A stretch of 64,000 nt of DNA from Octopus sinensis (lineage: Eukaryota), in contig NC_043008.1 in NCBI RefSeq assembly GCF_006345805.1, positions 22,816,001 to 22,880,000 of the forward strand, read 5' to 3'. Shown piece by piece: positions 23,325 through 35,351 of this stretch. The notes beneath the pieces are model-generated. The model was not told where the DNA came from. It made no database searches and was given only the letters and a program-made list of their open reading frames with translations. The stretch's first letter is position 1; each line of letters begins with the position of its first letter. A program made the position numbers and the translations under genes.

Positions 23325-23432
23325 TAACTATATATATATTTATATATATATATATATATATATGTATATTGGTAAAAACAGTAAGATAACAAAAGAAAGA
23401 AAGAGACCTCAATATTATGTAAATAGAGGAAA

Positions 23433-23825
23433 TCTTTATATATAAAAGTGAGGTTGTGTGTCTGTCTCCTACGATTTAGATTCCTAACTACTCCCACATT
23501 TTGCGGTGCAGTTTAACCAAAACCGGTATCTTATAGTCGTGATTCATATCGAGACCGTCTGGGTATTAGCGCGCGTCTACGATGAGTCTACGATTTAAAA
23601 AAAATTTACCATCAATTTTTCCCATTTTTAATCCATTTTTGAAATATATAAGGGAAGTAACTCTCTAAAATTTATTATTAAATCTCAGAACGTAAAAAGC
23701 TACAGTAACACCCCTCCCCCTTTGTGGTTAGCCATATTGAGATGGCTATTATACTTTACATCTCTAAAAATGCTTATATAATTATTTCCCTTACAAACCC
23801 GAGCAACGCCGGGCGATACTGCTAG
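23433..23825 (+). mobile_element. Non-autonomous Helitron-like element
   Basis: 5' A|TC, 3' CTAG|T, and subterminal hairpin CCCG-AGCAACGC-CGGG. A second copy lies at 61896-62266. Confidence 0.75.
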
Positions 23826-25229
23826 TATATATATATATATATATATCAATGAGACACCAGTGTTATTCAAACATAGTCCAAATTGTTCCCTTATCATCCT
23901 CATTAACAGAAATGCAGTGACCTAGAACCCTACATTAAAAAAAAAAGCAAAAAACAATTTTAAAAAAAATTTAAACAAGGCCCACATAGCAAATCTAGTT
24001 TCCGCTACAGCCCACAAAAACCAGAGAACCTTATGCTAATGCCCTACAAAGAAGGCCTGAGTTTAACAGCTAAGTTGTGAAAAATAAAGTCGTTTGTTTT
24101 GATCCAAGAATGCTTGTTTTCACTTTACCAGAAACTGATGGCCTGGTTCTATATTCTGAAACAAATGTAACTGTTAACCCTTAACATATTCAATTACATA
24201 CTTTTTACTGCAGCAGCACCATGAGGGACATTCTATGTGGTCATTTGAACTGTTAGAAATAGTAGCCAAATTTCTCTCAAATCACAGTCTACTGCCTTAT
24301 ATATTGAAAAAGCACATTGGGACAATTGAGTCATAGATATGTCTAAACAGATAGGAATGGTCAGGGCTAGAAGCAACAAAAACTCTATCATTTTACGAGG
24401 CCCTGCAGGGAGATTCATAGGGGGTACTCATTTTTCCTAAGTTACAACAAATTGTATTTTAAACATGCAGTTCTCTCCCTCACCACATTATACTAGCAAA
24501 CCACCTACTCTTTATACCTCTTCCAGCTAAGATAACAAATCTAAGTAGATATCAAGTTTCTGGTAATACGTCTTCGAGAAGCACTGCGTTATTGATTACA
24601 TCACCCCCACCACCTTTGTCTCCCTGTCACAGGTGGTGCACTAGTCCAGCTATAGAACTGGTTGGCAGCAGTTTAACATATGCAAATTAGCTCTTATGCA
24701 TGTCCAGTTGGCTTGCCACCCAGTTCTTATGCAGGTATACCTGGGTAGCCTTCCATTATTTATATATATCTGGGTGGCCTCACATCTGTTAGCTGTCTGT
24801 CAATCTCCCTCTCATTTCAGAAGAATTTCATTAAACATATATCCCTCTTTAAGATCTCTATCTAAATAATTATGTACACACACACACACACGTTTAACGA
24901 CCATCTGTCCCATGCAAAATAAATGATTTTTTTTTTCAGTAAATCTGTTGACTCAGAGCAAATGCTATTGTTATTTAGCCCCAGGTGATCCCTGATCAGG
25001 TTGATCTAAGACAAAAGGCATTTCAACCAAGACCATCTTGTCTTATTGTATATCCTTGTATATCTAAAACTACATAATTCTATATACTCTTTTATTTTCT
25101 TCTTTTCTTTTTCATTTGGTCCGAGGGAATCTGGCAAGCACCTCAAGCAGTTCAAATGAGGTCCCACCATTAACTCATAGAATCTGTACAAATTTAGACG
25201 TTACCCACATTCTATTCTTAATTTTAATC

Positions 25230-26350
25230 AATCAAGATGAGGACAGCTGTGTGATGAAGTGTCACACCCTAACAGCAAGATCTGAGATGAGGTTGTGAAG
25301 CACAACCTGCAAACATTGGGCCTCACAGAGGCAATGACAAGCAACCGAGACCTTTGGAGATATGCTGTGCTTGAGAAGACCCAGCAAACCAAGTGAGATC
25401 GTAGCTGTGACTGATGCCTGTGTCACATAACCAGCCCATTTAAGAGTACCCTTCAGGTGTCAGGCAATATGCTGTGCTTGAGAAGACCCAGCAAACCAAG
25501 TGAGATCGTAGCTGTGACTGATGCCTGTGTCACATAACCAGCCCATTTAAGAGTACCCTTCAGGTGTCAGGCAATATGCTGTGCTTGAGAAGACCCAGCA
25601 AACCAAGTGAGATCGTAGCTGTGACTGATGCCTGTGTCACATAACCAGCCCATTAAGAGTACCCTTCAGGTGTCAGGCAATATGCTGTGCTTGAGAAGAC
25701 CCAGCAAACAAGTGAGATCGTAGCTGTGACTGATGCCTGTGTCACATAACCAGCCCATTTAAGAGTACCCTTCAGGTGTCAGGCAATATGCTGTGCTTGA
25801 GAAGACCCAGCAAACCAAGTGAGATCGTAGCTGTGACTGATGCCTGTGTCACATAACCAGCCCATTTAAGAGTACCCTTCAGGTGTCAGGCAATATGCTG
25901 TGCTTGAGAAGACCCAGCAAACCAAGTGAGATCGTAGCTGTGACTGATGCCTGTGTCACATAACCAGCCCATTTAAGAGTACCTTCAGGTGTCAGGCAAT
26001 ATGCTGTGCTTGAGAAGACCCAGCAAACCAGTGAGATCGTAGCTGTGACTGATGCCTGTGTCACATAACCAGCCCATTTAAGAGTACCCTTCAGGTGTCA
26101 GGCAATATGCTGTGCTTGAGAAGACCCAGCAAACCAAGTGAGATCGTAGCTGTGACTGATGCCTGTGTCACATAACCAGCCCATTTAAGAGTACCCTTCA
26201 GGTGTCAGGCAATATGCTGTGCTTGTGAAGACCTGTTGAGTCAAGTGAAATTGTTGTCATGGCCGATGCCAGTGTCGCCTGAAGGGCACCCGTGCCAGTG
26301 GCACATAAAAAGCACCATTCAAGCATGGTCGATGCCAGTGCTGCCTGACT
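25230..26350 (+). mobile_element. RTE ORF-end/3' UTR fragment hosting the 107-bp array
   Basis: DEDSCVMKCHTL...RYAVLEKTQQTK* precedes the array, and 3' UTR sequence follows it. Confidence 0.8.
25360..26232. repeat. Tandem array, 107-bp unit x8 plus a partial copy, nearly identical units
   Basis: ATATGCTGTGCTTG starts at 25360, 25467, 25574, 25680, 25786, 25893, 25999, 26105 and 26212. Confidence 0.95.
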
Positions 26351-27109
26351 GGTTCCCTTGCTTTATATTAATTTTTTCTATCTCTTAATAAAGAAGGTAT
26401 GTCATTTATAGGCTCATGTATTTGGCCTTGTCACATTCTGTGTCATACTGAATCTCTCCAAGGACTGTGTTAAGGGTACATTTATCTGTGGAGTGCTCAG
26501 CCACTTGCACGTTAATTTCACAAGTAAGCTGTTCCATTGCTTGGATCAACTGGAACCCTCGTCGTCATAACTGAGTGCTAGAAGAATCAAGAGAAGGAAG
26601 TGGCCAAAACTCCATAGACTGGTGGGAGGGAGAAAGGGAGGTATCCACGGGCCAAAGATCTGTTGTGAACCTGAAAGTTTACAACAGAGTGGACACCACT
26701 AAAAATATCCAAAGTGTCCAGTGTTGGTGTAAAACGAGGCGATGGATTCAGTCAAACACCCAAATATGCCATGGAAGGATTTGAACATATAAAAAAAAAA
26801 AAAAGAAAAACTACAAGTTACCTGGTCGAATGTTTTTTCTACATTGGTACTTGATCTAGACTGATTATTAAGCTAAGGAGTATTTTTACATACAACCAAA
26901 TATGCTTTCTAGCTTTTGATACCATGTTACCCTTGGAGTCTTTCATTAACCACAGTAAAGCTTTCGACAATGTTGATCATAGAATACTCATAAAACAAAC
27001 TTATATATATAACGGGAAGGTTTACGAAAATAAACAAAAGACGAAGGCAGGTGGAGTACAAACAAACAAATGTATTAGTATGGCACTCAGGAATAGAAAT
27101 AGAACAAGT

Positions 27110-27145
27110 CTTTTACGTTTCGAGCCTACGCTCTTCAACAGAAAG
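27110..27145 (-). ncRNA. Hammerhead-like motif, CUGUNGA family, in cassette ~27010-27205
   Basis: cttt-CTGTTGA-a-gagc-gtag-gctc-GAAAC-GTA-aaag. Confidence 0.6.
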
Positions 27146-28102
27146 ATACACAGAAAAAAAACAAGGAGAGAAAAAAATGCGTGTAGGAGCTAACGATCTA
27201 TCATGGCGTCCTGACTTCGGACAGTGGTCAGACGCGAGAAGGACAGTAGGGGAGATAACAGGGTCGAGTGACTTCCAAAACGAAGGTGCCCCCAACACAA
27301 AGGTGCATGTGTGTATAAGAGAGTATGTATGTGCGTGTGAAAGAGGGCTGGTGGTCTGGACGTGTGTGTGTATGTATATGTGGGTGTGGAGATGTGGGGT
27401 GGGTGGTGTGTTGTGATGTGTAATGTTGTATGGTGTAGTGTAGTGTGGTGTGATGTTGTGGGGAGGTGGGAGAGGCGAGAGTGGGGAAAGCACAGGTATA
27501 TATATATATATACGATGGGCTTCTTTCAGTTTCTGTCTATCAAATCCACTCACAAGGCTTTGGTTGGCTCAAGGCTACAGTAGAAGACACTTGTCCAAAG
27601 TGTCACGCAGTGGGATTGAACCCAGAACCACGTGGTTCAGAAGCAAACCTCCTGCATATATTAATGATATTCACCATCATAAAGTTCCACTTCTAAATGT
27701 TATCAAGGCTGCCGATCATATGAATCTTTTTTTAGCATGTAAAGACAAGTGCACATTATTCAAAGAAATGAACAATCAATAATCACCAATAAATGACTGG
27801 TATTCAGGAAATAAGCTTTTTCTGAATGTAGATAAAACTAAGTACACTCTAATCTGTTCATCAGCTAATGATGATCTGCCTTTACAACCCCCAAAACTTC
27901 ACTTTGGCTCAAAAGAAGTCAAACCGTCCAGGTACACAAAGTTTCTGGGAATTGTTATTGATGAAAATTTGAATTGGAAATTACACATTCAAACAACAGA
28001 ATCCAAACTATTGACACAAATCAGAATAATCTGTCAGGACTTAAGGCTTTGAACAACAAAGTGATGAATATGTTATATTTTCCTTTTGTTAATCCATATT
28101 TG

Positions 28103-28396
28103 TTCCTTCTCAAGCCATGCCTGGCTCATTAGGTTTCCCGGTTTCCTTGGCATATAGGTTCCCCACCTGGGTGGGATGCCGGTCCGTCGCAGGTGAGCTG
28201 CAAGATGCAGGAGGAAAGAATGAGAGAAAGTTGTGGCGAAAGAGTCAGCAGAAGTTCGCCATTACCTTCTGCCGGAGCCATGTGGAGCTTAGGTGTTTCA
28301 CTCATAAACACACACATCACCCGGTCAGAGATCTGAATCCACGAACCCTTGACTGCGAGTCCGCTGCTCTAACCACTAGGCCATGTGCCTCCACTA
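28103..28396 (-). mobile_element. tRNA-derived SINE, family C, with 12-bp TSD
   Basis: Head GCACATGGCCTAGTGGTTAGAGCAGCGGACT. TSD AATCCATATTTG at 28091-28102 and 28397-28408. A second copy lies at 59328-59626. Confidence 0.9.
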
Positions 28397-30134
28397 AATC
28401 CATATTTGGTATATTCTGACCTAGCCTGGATAGTATCAAGAAGTCAAAATTAAGTAAACTTCATACTTTACGAAAACATGCAGTCAAGGTTTAATCAAAA
28501 GCTCCCAGAGGATCCCACTCCCAGCCTTTAATGCTTGATACTGAAATGCTAAACATTTATGGAATATATTTGGCTGCTCACTTGAGACCAATGTACAAAG
28601 TTTTATCACAATTTTACACCAAAATGTGTTCAGGAAAAATTTATAAAGAATATTCACAAATATCTGATGAAGTATTTATTCTAGGGCAACATTCAAATGT
28701 AATAGTTATGGCATAACAAAATTGAACAAATTCAGTTGCAGCTACCATGGACCAATTGTCTAGAATTATTTTGTGTGCAAAGATGCAACTCTCCCAAACT
28801 CAAGAGATGTACAAAAAATGTTAAAAAAATGTTGTTGAATAATTGACAAACATGTTTGTGATAAAACCCTACCATTTTTAGTAACATAAAAAACATATTT
28901 TAAAATTTGTAAATAGAATTTAATAGTGATTTTTCATAAAGTGCTCCAATTACAGGACCTCATGAAAAAGGCTGATAATTTTTCACTAACTTTTTTAATG
29001 GTCTCACTAGCCTGAAAAGCGCATTATGCAACTTTTTATATATAGCTCGTAAAATAAAATAAAAATATAAGAAACACCTTGGAAACAAGACTTAAACCTG
29101 TTTGTTTCTTGGAGCTGGGCAACATTATGTGTCTTTTCAACAGGTTCAATGACAATAGAATGGTTGTGCTTAGGTTTTAACTCAGGACCATGGGATATTT
29201 TACACAAGGTATTTACGCAACATTGCACAAAAACAGGAAATAAGTAGCTTTATAATTTCATTTTTATCATCTACAACTCGTTAATGTAGATTTACATGAC
29301 AAATTAACTTATTTACATAGTATCTTGTTTACTGCTCTGCTAGAGATAGCAATCAAATGTTCCTCAAATCACAGCACAGTGTTATTGAGGACACAGAAGG
29401 CAATGTAATTGACCTAAATAGATATGTTGTGTTTGAATAAAAGATAAAAGACAGGCGGATTAAAGATGGAGTGCTTTCATAAGTCTGTTTGATCAACAGA
29501 GGCCTGAGAGTTAGAAGGGACAAGAACAATAAACAACAACAGTGCAGCTGGATAATTCAACCATATGTACTTTTAAGTCAGTAGGTGGATCTTGAAATAA
29601 TCAGCTGCTATTTCTAGCTAACTGAGCAAGTGTAATCAGGGGCTGGTATAATAACCCCATCTGGTATATCTTGGGTATCTTTAGCAACGTCCGGTGAATT
29701 GCAAGCATTGGGGTCAGGTCTGTAGTTCCAAGGCTACTTTTCTCTCTCCTATCAATCTTAAAAGCCCTCCAAAGAATCAGGAATACTGGCTGCCCACCAC
29801 CCCTTGTTCTGTGATGGAAACTTCCAGCTTTAGGGCAATCTTCTTTCAAATTTCGATCTACCAAATTGACCTACATGACTTTCATCAAAATAGTGTGGTT
29901 GGGAAGAAAACTTCTTACCTACACAGCCACACCTGCACCTGGCCAATACAGAAACAAGAGGGTCAAAACACATTTTGCTGAGTACATGGTCCGGTCCCTT
30001 GTCCTTCAGCATTTAAGCAAACCTCTATGACCACAAAACTCCATATATTTACAAGATAACCAGGAGAATCAAAGACACAACGGTCAAGTTGCTACTGTTG
30101 CTGTTTAGCTCCAGGAGTGTGCTTATCAAGCAAG

Positions 30135-30135
30135 A

Positions 30136-30166
<31 letters not shown>

Positions 30167-30960
30167 GTTTAACGTCCACTTTCCATGCTAGCATGGGTTG
30201 GACGGTTCGACTGGGGTCTGGGAAGCCAGGAGGCTGCACCAGGCCCAGTCTGATCTGGCAGTGTTTCTACAGCTGGATGCCTTTCCTAATGTCAACCACT
30301 CTGTGAGTGTAGTGGGTGCTTTTTACGTACCAGGCAAGGCTGGCAACGGCCACGATCAATTGGTGCTTTTTACGTGCCACCGACATGGAGGCCAGTTGAG
30401 GCGGTGCTGGCAACGGCCACATTCGGATGGTTCTTTTACGTGCCACCAGCACTGGTATCACAACTGCAGTTTCCATTGACTTTTGATCGATTTCTATTTC
30501 ACTTGCCTCAACAGGTCTTCGCAAGCAGAGTTTTTTGTCCCAAGAAGGAAAGATGTTTGGATGGTTCTTTTACGTGCCACCAGCACTGGTATCACAACTG
30601 CAATTTCCATTATTTTTTATTGATTTTGATTTCACTTGCCTCAACAGGTCTTTGCAAACAGAGTTTTGTGTCTCAAGAAGGAAAGGTATGCATATGTGGA
30701 CTGGCTACATCCCAGGTTGAGGCCACAGGTTATGGTCTCACTTGTCCTGCCGGGTTTTCTCACGCACAGCATATTTCCAAAGGTCTCGGTCACTAGTCAT
30801 TGCCTAATGTTCGAAGGTCGTGTTTCACCACCTCATCCTAGGTTTTCCTGGGTCTACCTCTTCCACAGGTTCCCTCAACCGCTAGGGTGTGGCACTTTTT
30901 CACACAACTATCTTCATCCATTCTCGTCACAAAAGATATTCCATCCATGACATTCCACCC
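30135..30960 (-). mobile_element. RTE LINE 3' end (ORF end plus UTR, with an internal duplication)
   Basis: MDEDSCVKKCHTLAVEGTCGRGRPRKT*, a UTR homologous to 6541-7030, and a (GAT)n tail. Confidence 0.85.
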
Positions 30961-32043
30961 ATTTTCCTTCTTTTTTTCCTTTTCCTTTTTTTTTTTTTGC
31001 AAGATCACATTAAGAACGTTTACTTTGTTTTTAAGCAGGTAGCGTATTATGTAAGTGCATGTGTGTGTGTGAGAGAGGGGTGGGGGAAGTAGCTGAGAAG
31101 GAAGTGAATCTAAGTGAGAATTAAATGTTGAAAAGTTACAAAAAAAAAAAATGAAAATAAAAGAGAAAAAAAAGGTAGTTGTCAAAATGACAGACAGATT
31201 ATGTCAGCCAACAGAGTTTACAGATGTGTCGCTAATAACACAAATGAAATTTCATAGCCATAACCCCCCCTCCTCCGCCCTACCTCATCTGCCACACACC
31301 ACTCTCACTGCCACCAACACCATTTCTGGCTGTTCACCAACACAGTTGACCTACCATCTGTGAGTCAACAAGTCACTACACTATTTACATGGTTGTTAAA
31401 CTTGTTAGGAATATTGACCAAACTTTCTCCAGATTACACCTGGCTGTCTTTAACAAAAAAAAACAAAAAAAATGAAATGATGCATTGTATGATATAATCG
31501 TAAATATATTACAATGCCAAAGAAAGAAAATAAAAAGAGATGTTCATGGTTGGAATGCTTTTCATCACAGAGCTATTCATTCAGAGCTGGCTTGGGGCCA
31601 ACCAACATTTCGTATATCTGTGAAAAAGGACCATCAACATCATCATCATCATCATCATCATTGAAATTCAACATCCATTTTCCATGCTGGTTTGGGTTGG
31701 CCAGTTCGACAGGAGTTGGCAAGGCCGGAAAAAAGCACCAAGTTCCAATTGTCCATTCTGGCATGGTCCCTACAGCAGGATGCCCTTCCTAACACCAACC
31801 ACTTTACAGAGTGTACTGGGTGCTTTGTACATGCAGCAGCACAGGCACTTTGTATGTGTCACCATCACAGGTTTCCTCACATGAAGCACAACCACAAGTG
31901 CTTTCTACATGGCATCAGCATGGGTGCTACCATGTGGCAGTGGCACAAATGGATTTTTAATATGACACTTAAACAGGTGCCTTTTGCATGGCTACAAAAC
32001 TCAGATCACACTTCTTTCCACTATATACATACTTTTTCCTTGC

Positions 32044-32075
<32 letters not shown>

Positions 32076-32145
32076 AATATATATCTAGTCATAAAACAAT
32101 TATGAATTACTGAAGTATGGCCACTAATAATTTTAAGCTGTAGTT

Positions 32146-32630
32146 CAGGGGTTCTCAACTAGGGTCCTTATGTTTTCTGAGGGCCCATATAAGATTTTTG
32201 AGGGTTCACACAACAAATTAGTTAATTGGGGATCACTGTAGTATTTTAAGGACCCTTGATAAAATTTTGCTTTAGATCTGTGTATTTCAAGAAACAGGTT
32301 TCTTTCTCTAATGTTTTGCATAGTTCAACCTACACAAGTTAATGTGTAAAAAAAAAAAAAGGAATTTTGAAAGAGGAGTGGTTGGCATTAGGAAGGGCAT
32401 CCAGCTGTAGAAAAACTGCCAAATCAGACTGGAGCCTGGTGCAGCCCCTATGGCTTACCAGACCCCGGTCGAATCGTCCAACCCATGCTAGCATGGAAAA
32501 CGGATGTTAAATGATGATGATGATGTTTCTATAAAACTAGTTTTTAAACATTGAATGGATACGGGGATCCACCAGAACAAAATAATAATCAAAGGAGCCC
32601 ACTGATAAAGAAAATGGTCAAGAACCCCTG
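32146..32630. mobile_element. hAT-type MITE with an RTE tail inserted at ~32385-32527
   Basis: TIRs CAGGGGTTCTCAAC and GGTCAAGAACCCCTG; degenerate 8-bp TSD CTGTAGTT / CTGCAGAT. Confidence 0.7.
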
Positions 32631-33141
32631 CTGCAGATACTCATGCCGAACTCACGCCTCAACGGAGTTTGGAATTGACTGACAGAGATGAAAGCCAAAG
32701 ATGATTTCAGCTGGATTTGAACTTGCAATGTCAAGGTACATAACTAAATACCACAAGGAATTTTGTCTAACATTTCACCAGCACTGTCAATATTATCTGT
32801 AAATCATAAGAATAAGTAAATGGCACCAGTTACAAGAAACAAAAAAGGGAATGGACTGATTCAACATGTCTTTCATTCTAAACAAGTTAAAAACACATAT
32901 TTATTTAGAGAAACAGCTGCCAATGTAGGTATTATTGATTGTCAAACAATACACGTGCACTGTATACACACGCATATATATATTTTTATCAATATTTAGC
33001 AGAAGCAACAGAGTGATCCAAGGTCCAAGAGTTTCATGTGTTGGCACCTATATATATATATATTCAAAATATGACCGCGTGTGCACCATTGGCAATTTTT
33101 TTTCCTCTGTCTTCCCTTCTCTGGATCTTTCCTTTTCCTAT

Positions 33142-33176
33142 GTTTCTGACGAAGAGCTCAGCTCGAAATGTTAAAC
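33142..33176 (+). ncRNA. Hammerhead-like motif in a (TA)n-embedded cassette ~33062-33282
   Basis: gttt-CTGACGA-a-gagc-tca-gctc-GAAAT-GTT-aaac. The ACGT palindrome is altered by a CpG-type C>T change. Confidence 0.55.
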
Positions 33177-33849
33177 CCTCCTTCTTCCCTTCCTTCCTGA
33201 GCGTCCAATAATACTATATTTGTTCCACGTCCTCGCATTGTTGTGTTTTCTCTTTGTGTTTTCATGTTTGGATTAACTTTATATATATATACACACACAT
33301 AAATAATAATAATAATATGGGTAGCTTCTTCACAATTTTACAACTGAGAGGCAGAAATATATACAACACAAAAGTGACCGACGGCACTAGTCAGCACCAG
33401 TATGGCCACAAGGAAGACTGGTTCCCTCATTGTCCAGGCATGATCAGATACAGTGATTTTGTATTTTTATTAATGCTCATCAGTGACTTTCACCCACTAC
33501 CTCGGGTCAAACTCAACTCACCATGTCAGTTTATAAGATTGTCATAGAAATCATATGCTTGCCTCTCTTGTCAGTCATTAAGATAAGTGCTTCATCGTGG
33601 CTATGAGTTGTTTTAACTCTTATTTCTAGCAATACTGGTGTTGAGTAGAGCTCTCAGTCACTTTAGTGCTGTATACACAAATGCACACACATGCACGCAC
33701 ACATACATACACACCAAGTATCCTTTATGGACATTTTAATTATAAAGAATGACACGAGCAAAGAAACTGATATCTACTAAAAAAAAAAAAAACAACAGAT
33801 TCTAAACAGTACCTACAATTTTCTTCATACCATCCAAAACATACCAAAT

Positions 33850-34740
33850 CCAATATTCCATTTAACCTAGCTAGAAAATTCGGAACAACTGTCTCCAATC
33901 TGGACGTTCAAAATAAAAGACTCCTTGAATTAAAACAGGTACTACTTGAAAGAAAGTACCTGTCTATTCCAATAGGGAATGGAATACCATGCACCAAAGC
34001 AAGACATTGAAGAATTACGAAAAGATAAAAAAAAAACAGTTCAGACACACCCAAAACTATCTTTAGGTTGTTATTGAGCCAAGACCCAAGAATGGAAAAA
34101 GGTACCGGAATCATACAAATAATCAAATGCAAAAGGCAACTAAAATCAAAAGCAAAAAGCACACACAAAAAAAAGTTACCAACTACAGACTCAACTCCAA
34201 CAATTAAAATGTGTGGCTGATCCAATTGTGAAAAATTTACTGAGGACAACTTATAAATTTAAATCATAACAAGTTTTCACTGTGAAAAGCCATTTTACTT
34301 GTTCTTCAAAAAAATTTGATATATTTGTGGAGGCGCAATGGCCAAGTGGTTAGGGCAGCGGACTTGCAGTCGGAGGATCGCGGTTTCGATTCCCAGACCG
34401 GGCGTTGTGTGTGTTTATTGAGCGAAAACACCTAAAAGCTCCACGAGGCTCCGGCAGGGGATGGTGGTGATCCCTGCTGTACTCTTTCACCACTCTAAAG
34501 GGCGGTACTCCAGCATGGCCGCAGTCAAATGACTGAAACAAGTACAAAAAAAAAAAAATATGCAATCAAATTCAATGGATGCAAGAGAGATCATTTTAGA
34601 CAAACTAAACTCATTTTAAGAATGAGGGTTAAATATTCATTGTCAACAAATACATGATCTCAAAACTAGACAACTTCGATTTAGTGACCATCTGAACATA
34701 TGTGAAAGTCTAATCTCCCAAATTTCTTGTCTTCGCACAC
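33850..34740 (+). mobile_element. Degenerate Penelope-like RT thumb and GIY-YIG, interrupted by a chimeric SINE
   Basis: NKRLLELKQVLLERKY (~33920); NGCKRDHFRQTKLILRMRV..QQIHDLKTRQLRFSDHLNIC (~34570-34715). Confidence 0.55.
34327..34550 (+). mobile_element. Chimeric SINE: family C-type tRNA head and body joined to a family A 3' tail
   Basis: GGCGCAATGGCCAAGTGGTTAGGGCAGCGGAC...CTCTTTCACCACTC is joined to TAAAGGGCGGTACTCCAGCATGGCCGCAGTCAAATGACTGAAACAAG and an A-run. Confidence 0.75.
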
Positions 34741-34763
34741 TATCACAGTACATATATTAGAAA

Positions 34764-35153
34764 CTAGCAGTATAGCCCGGCGTTGCTCAGGTTTGTTTCA
34801 ACCCTTTAGAATTGGAATTTTTGAAAAGTAAAAATTTACATTATGTAGCTTGTTATTCTCTTTAAGTGAACATTTTTCTGGTTGAAATACACCAAAAAAT
34901 GCCGACACAGCAGTCAAAAAGTCATAAAAAATAGGGATTTTCATAGAAAAAAAGCACCTTTTTGATGTAAATAATTTTTGGTCTTAACATGGTCCGATTT
35001 GAATTTTTTCTTCAACGGAATGAAGAGCAAGCCTTCTATCATACTCTCAATTTTGGTCAACTTGCGCCACAGGGTCTTGGAGGAGATAGTGTTAGTTGAA
35101 GGCTATCAAACCTGCCACACACACACAGACAACTTCAGCTTTATATATATAGA
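34764..35153 (-). mobile_element. Non-autonomous Helitron-like element, second family
   Basis: Minus strand has 5' A|TCTATATATATAAAGCTG and 3' GCAACGCCGGGCTATACTGCTAG|T. Confidence 0.7.
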
Positions 35154-35351
35154 TTACAAGCCACTGCTGAACAGGCAATAAAAAGAAAAACATCAGTAAT
35201 ACAGGATTTTCCTTTTCCTGTGATTTATTGTAGACTGTCTACTTGGGTTCATTTCTAAGAAAACTAAAATTCATGTAGCACTTGTCATCTACCTTATTTA
35301 CACCACACCTCATTAAATTACTTACTCCATACTTTGCAAACAAGGAAGAGG

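Larger units (their letters stand above)
26880..28720 (+). mobile_element. Degenerate CR1-clade LINE RT region split by later insertions
   Basis: SKAFDNVDHRILIK (~26955), YINDI..AADH (~27655), NKLFLNVDKTK, KFLGIVIDENLNWKLHI (~27940). It continues after the SINE at 28397. Confidence 0.75.

Noticed and set aside
6337-26232. Three tandem repeats with periods near 107 bp
   Set aside because: The periods are 108, 102-107 and 107, and two include variable microsatellites, so this is probably coincidence.
29580-29981. Overlapping 60-95 aa ORFs in a moderately GC-rich unique stretch
   Set aside because: No recognisable domain, and the apparent donor site is part of a SINE head remnant.
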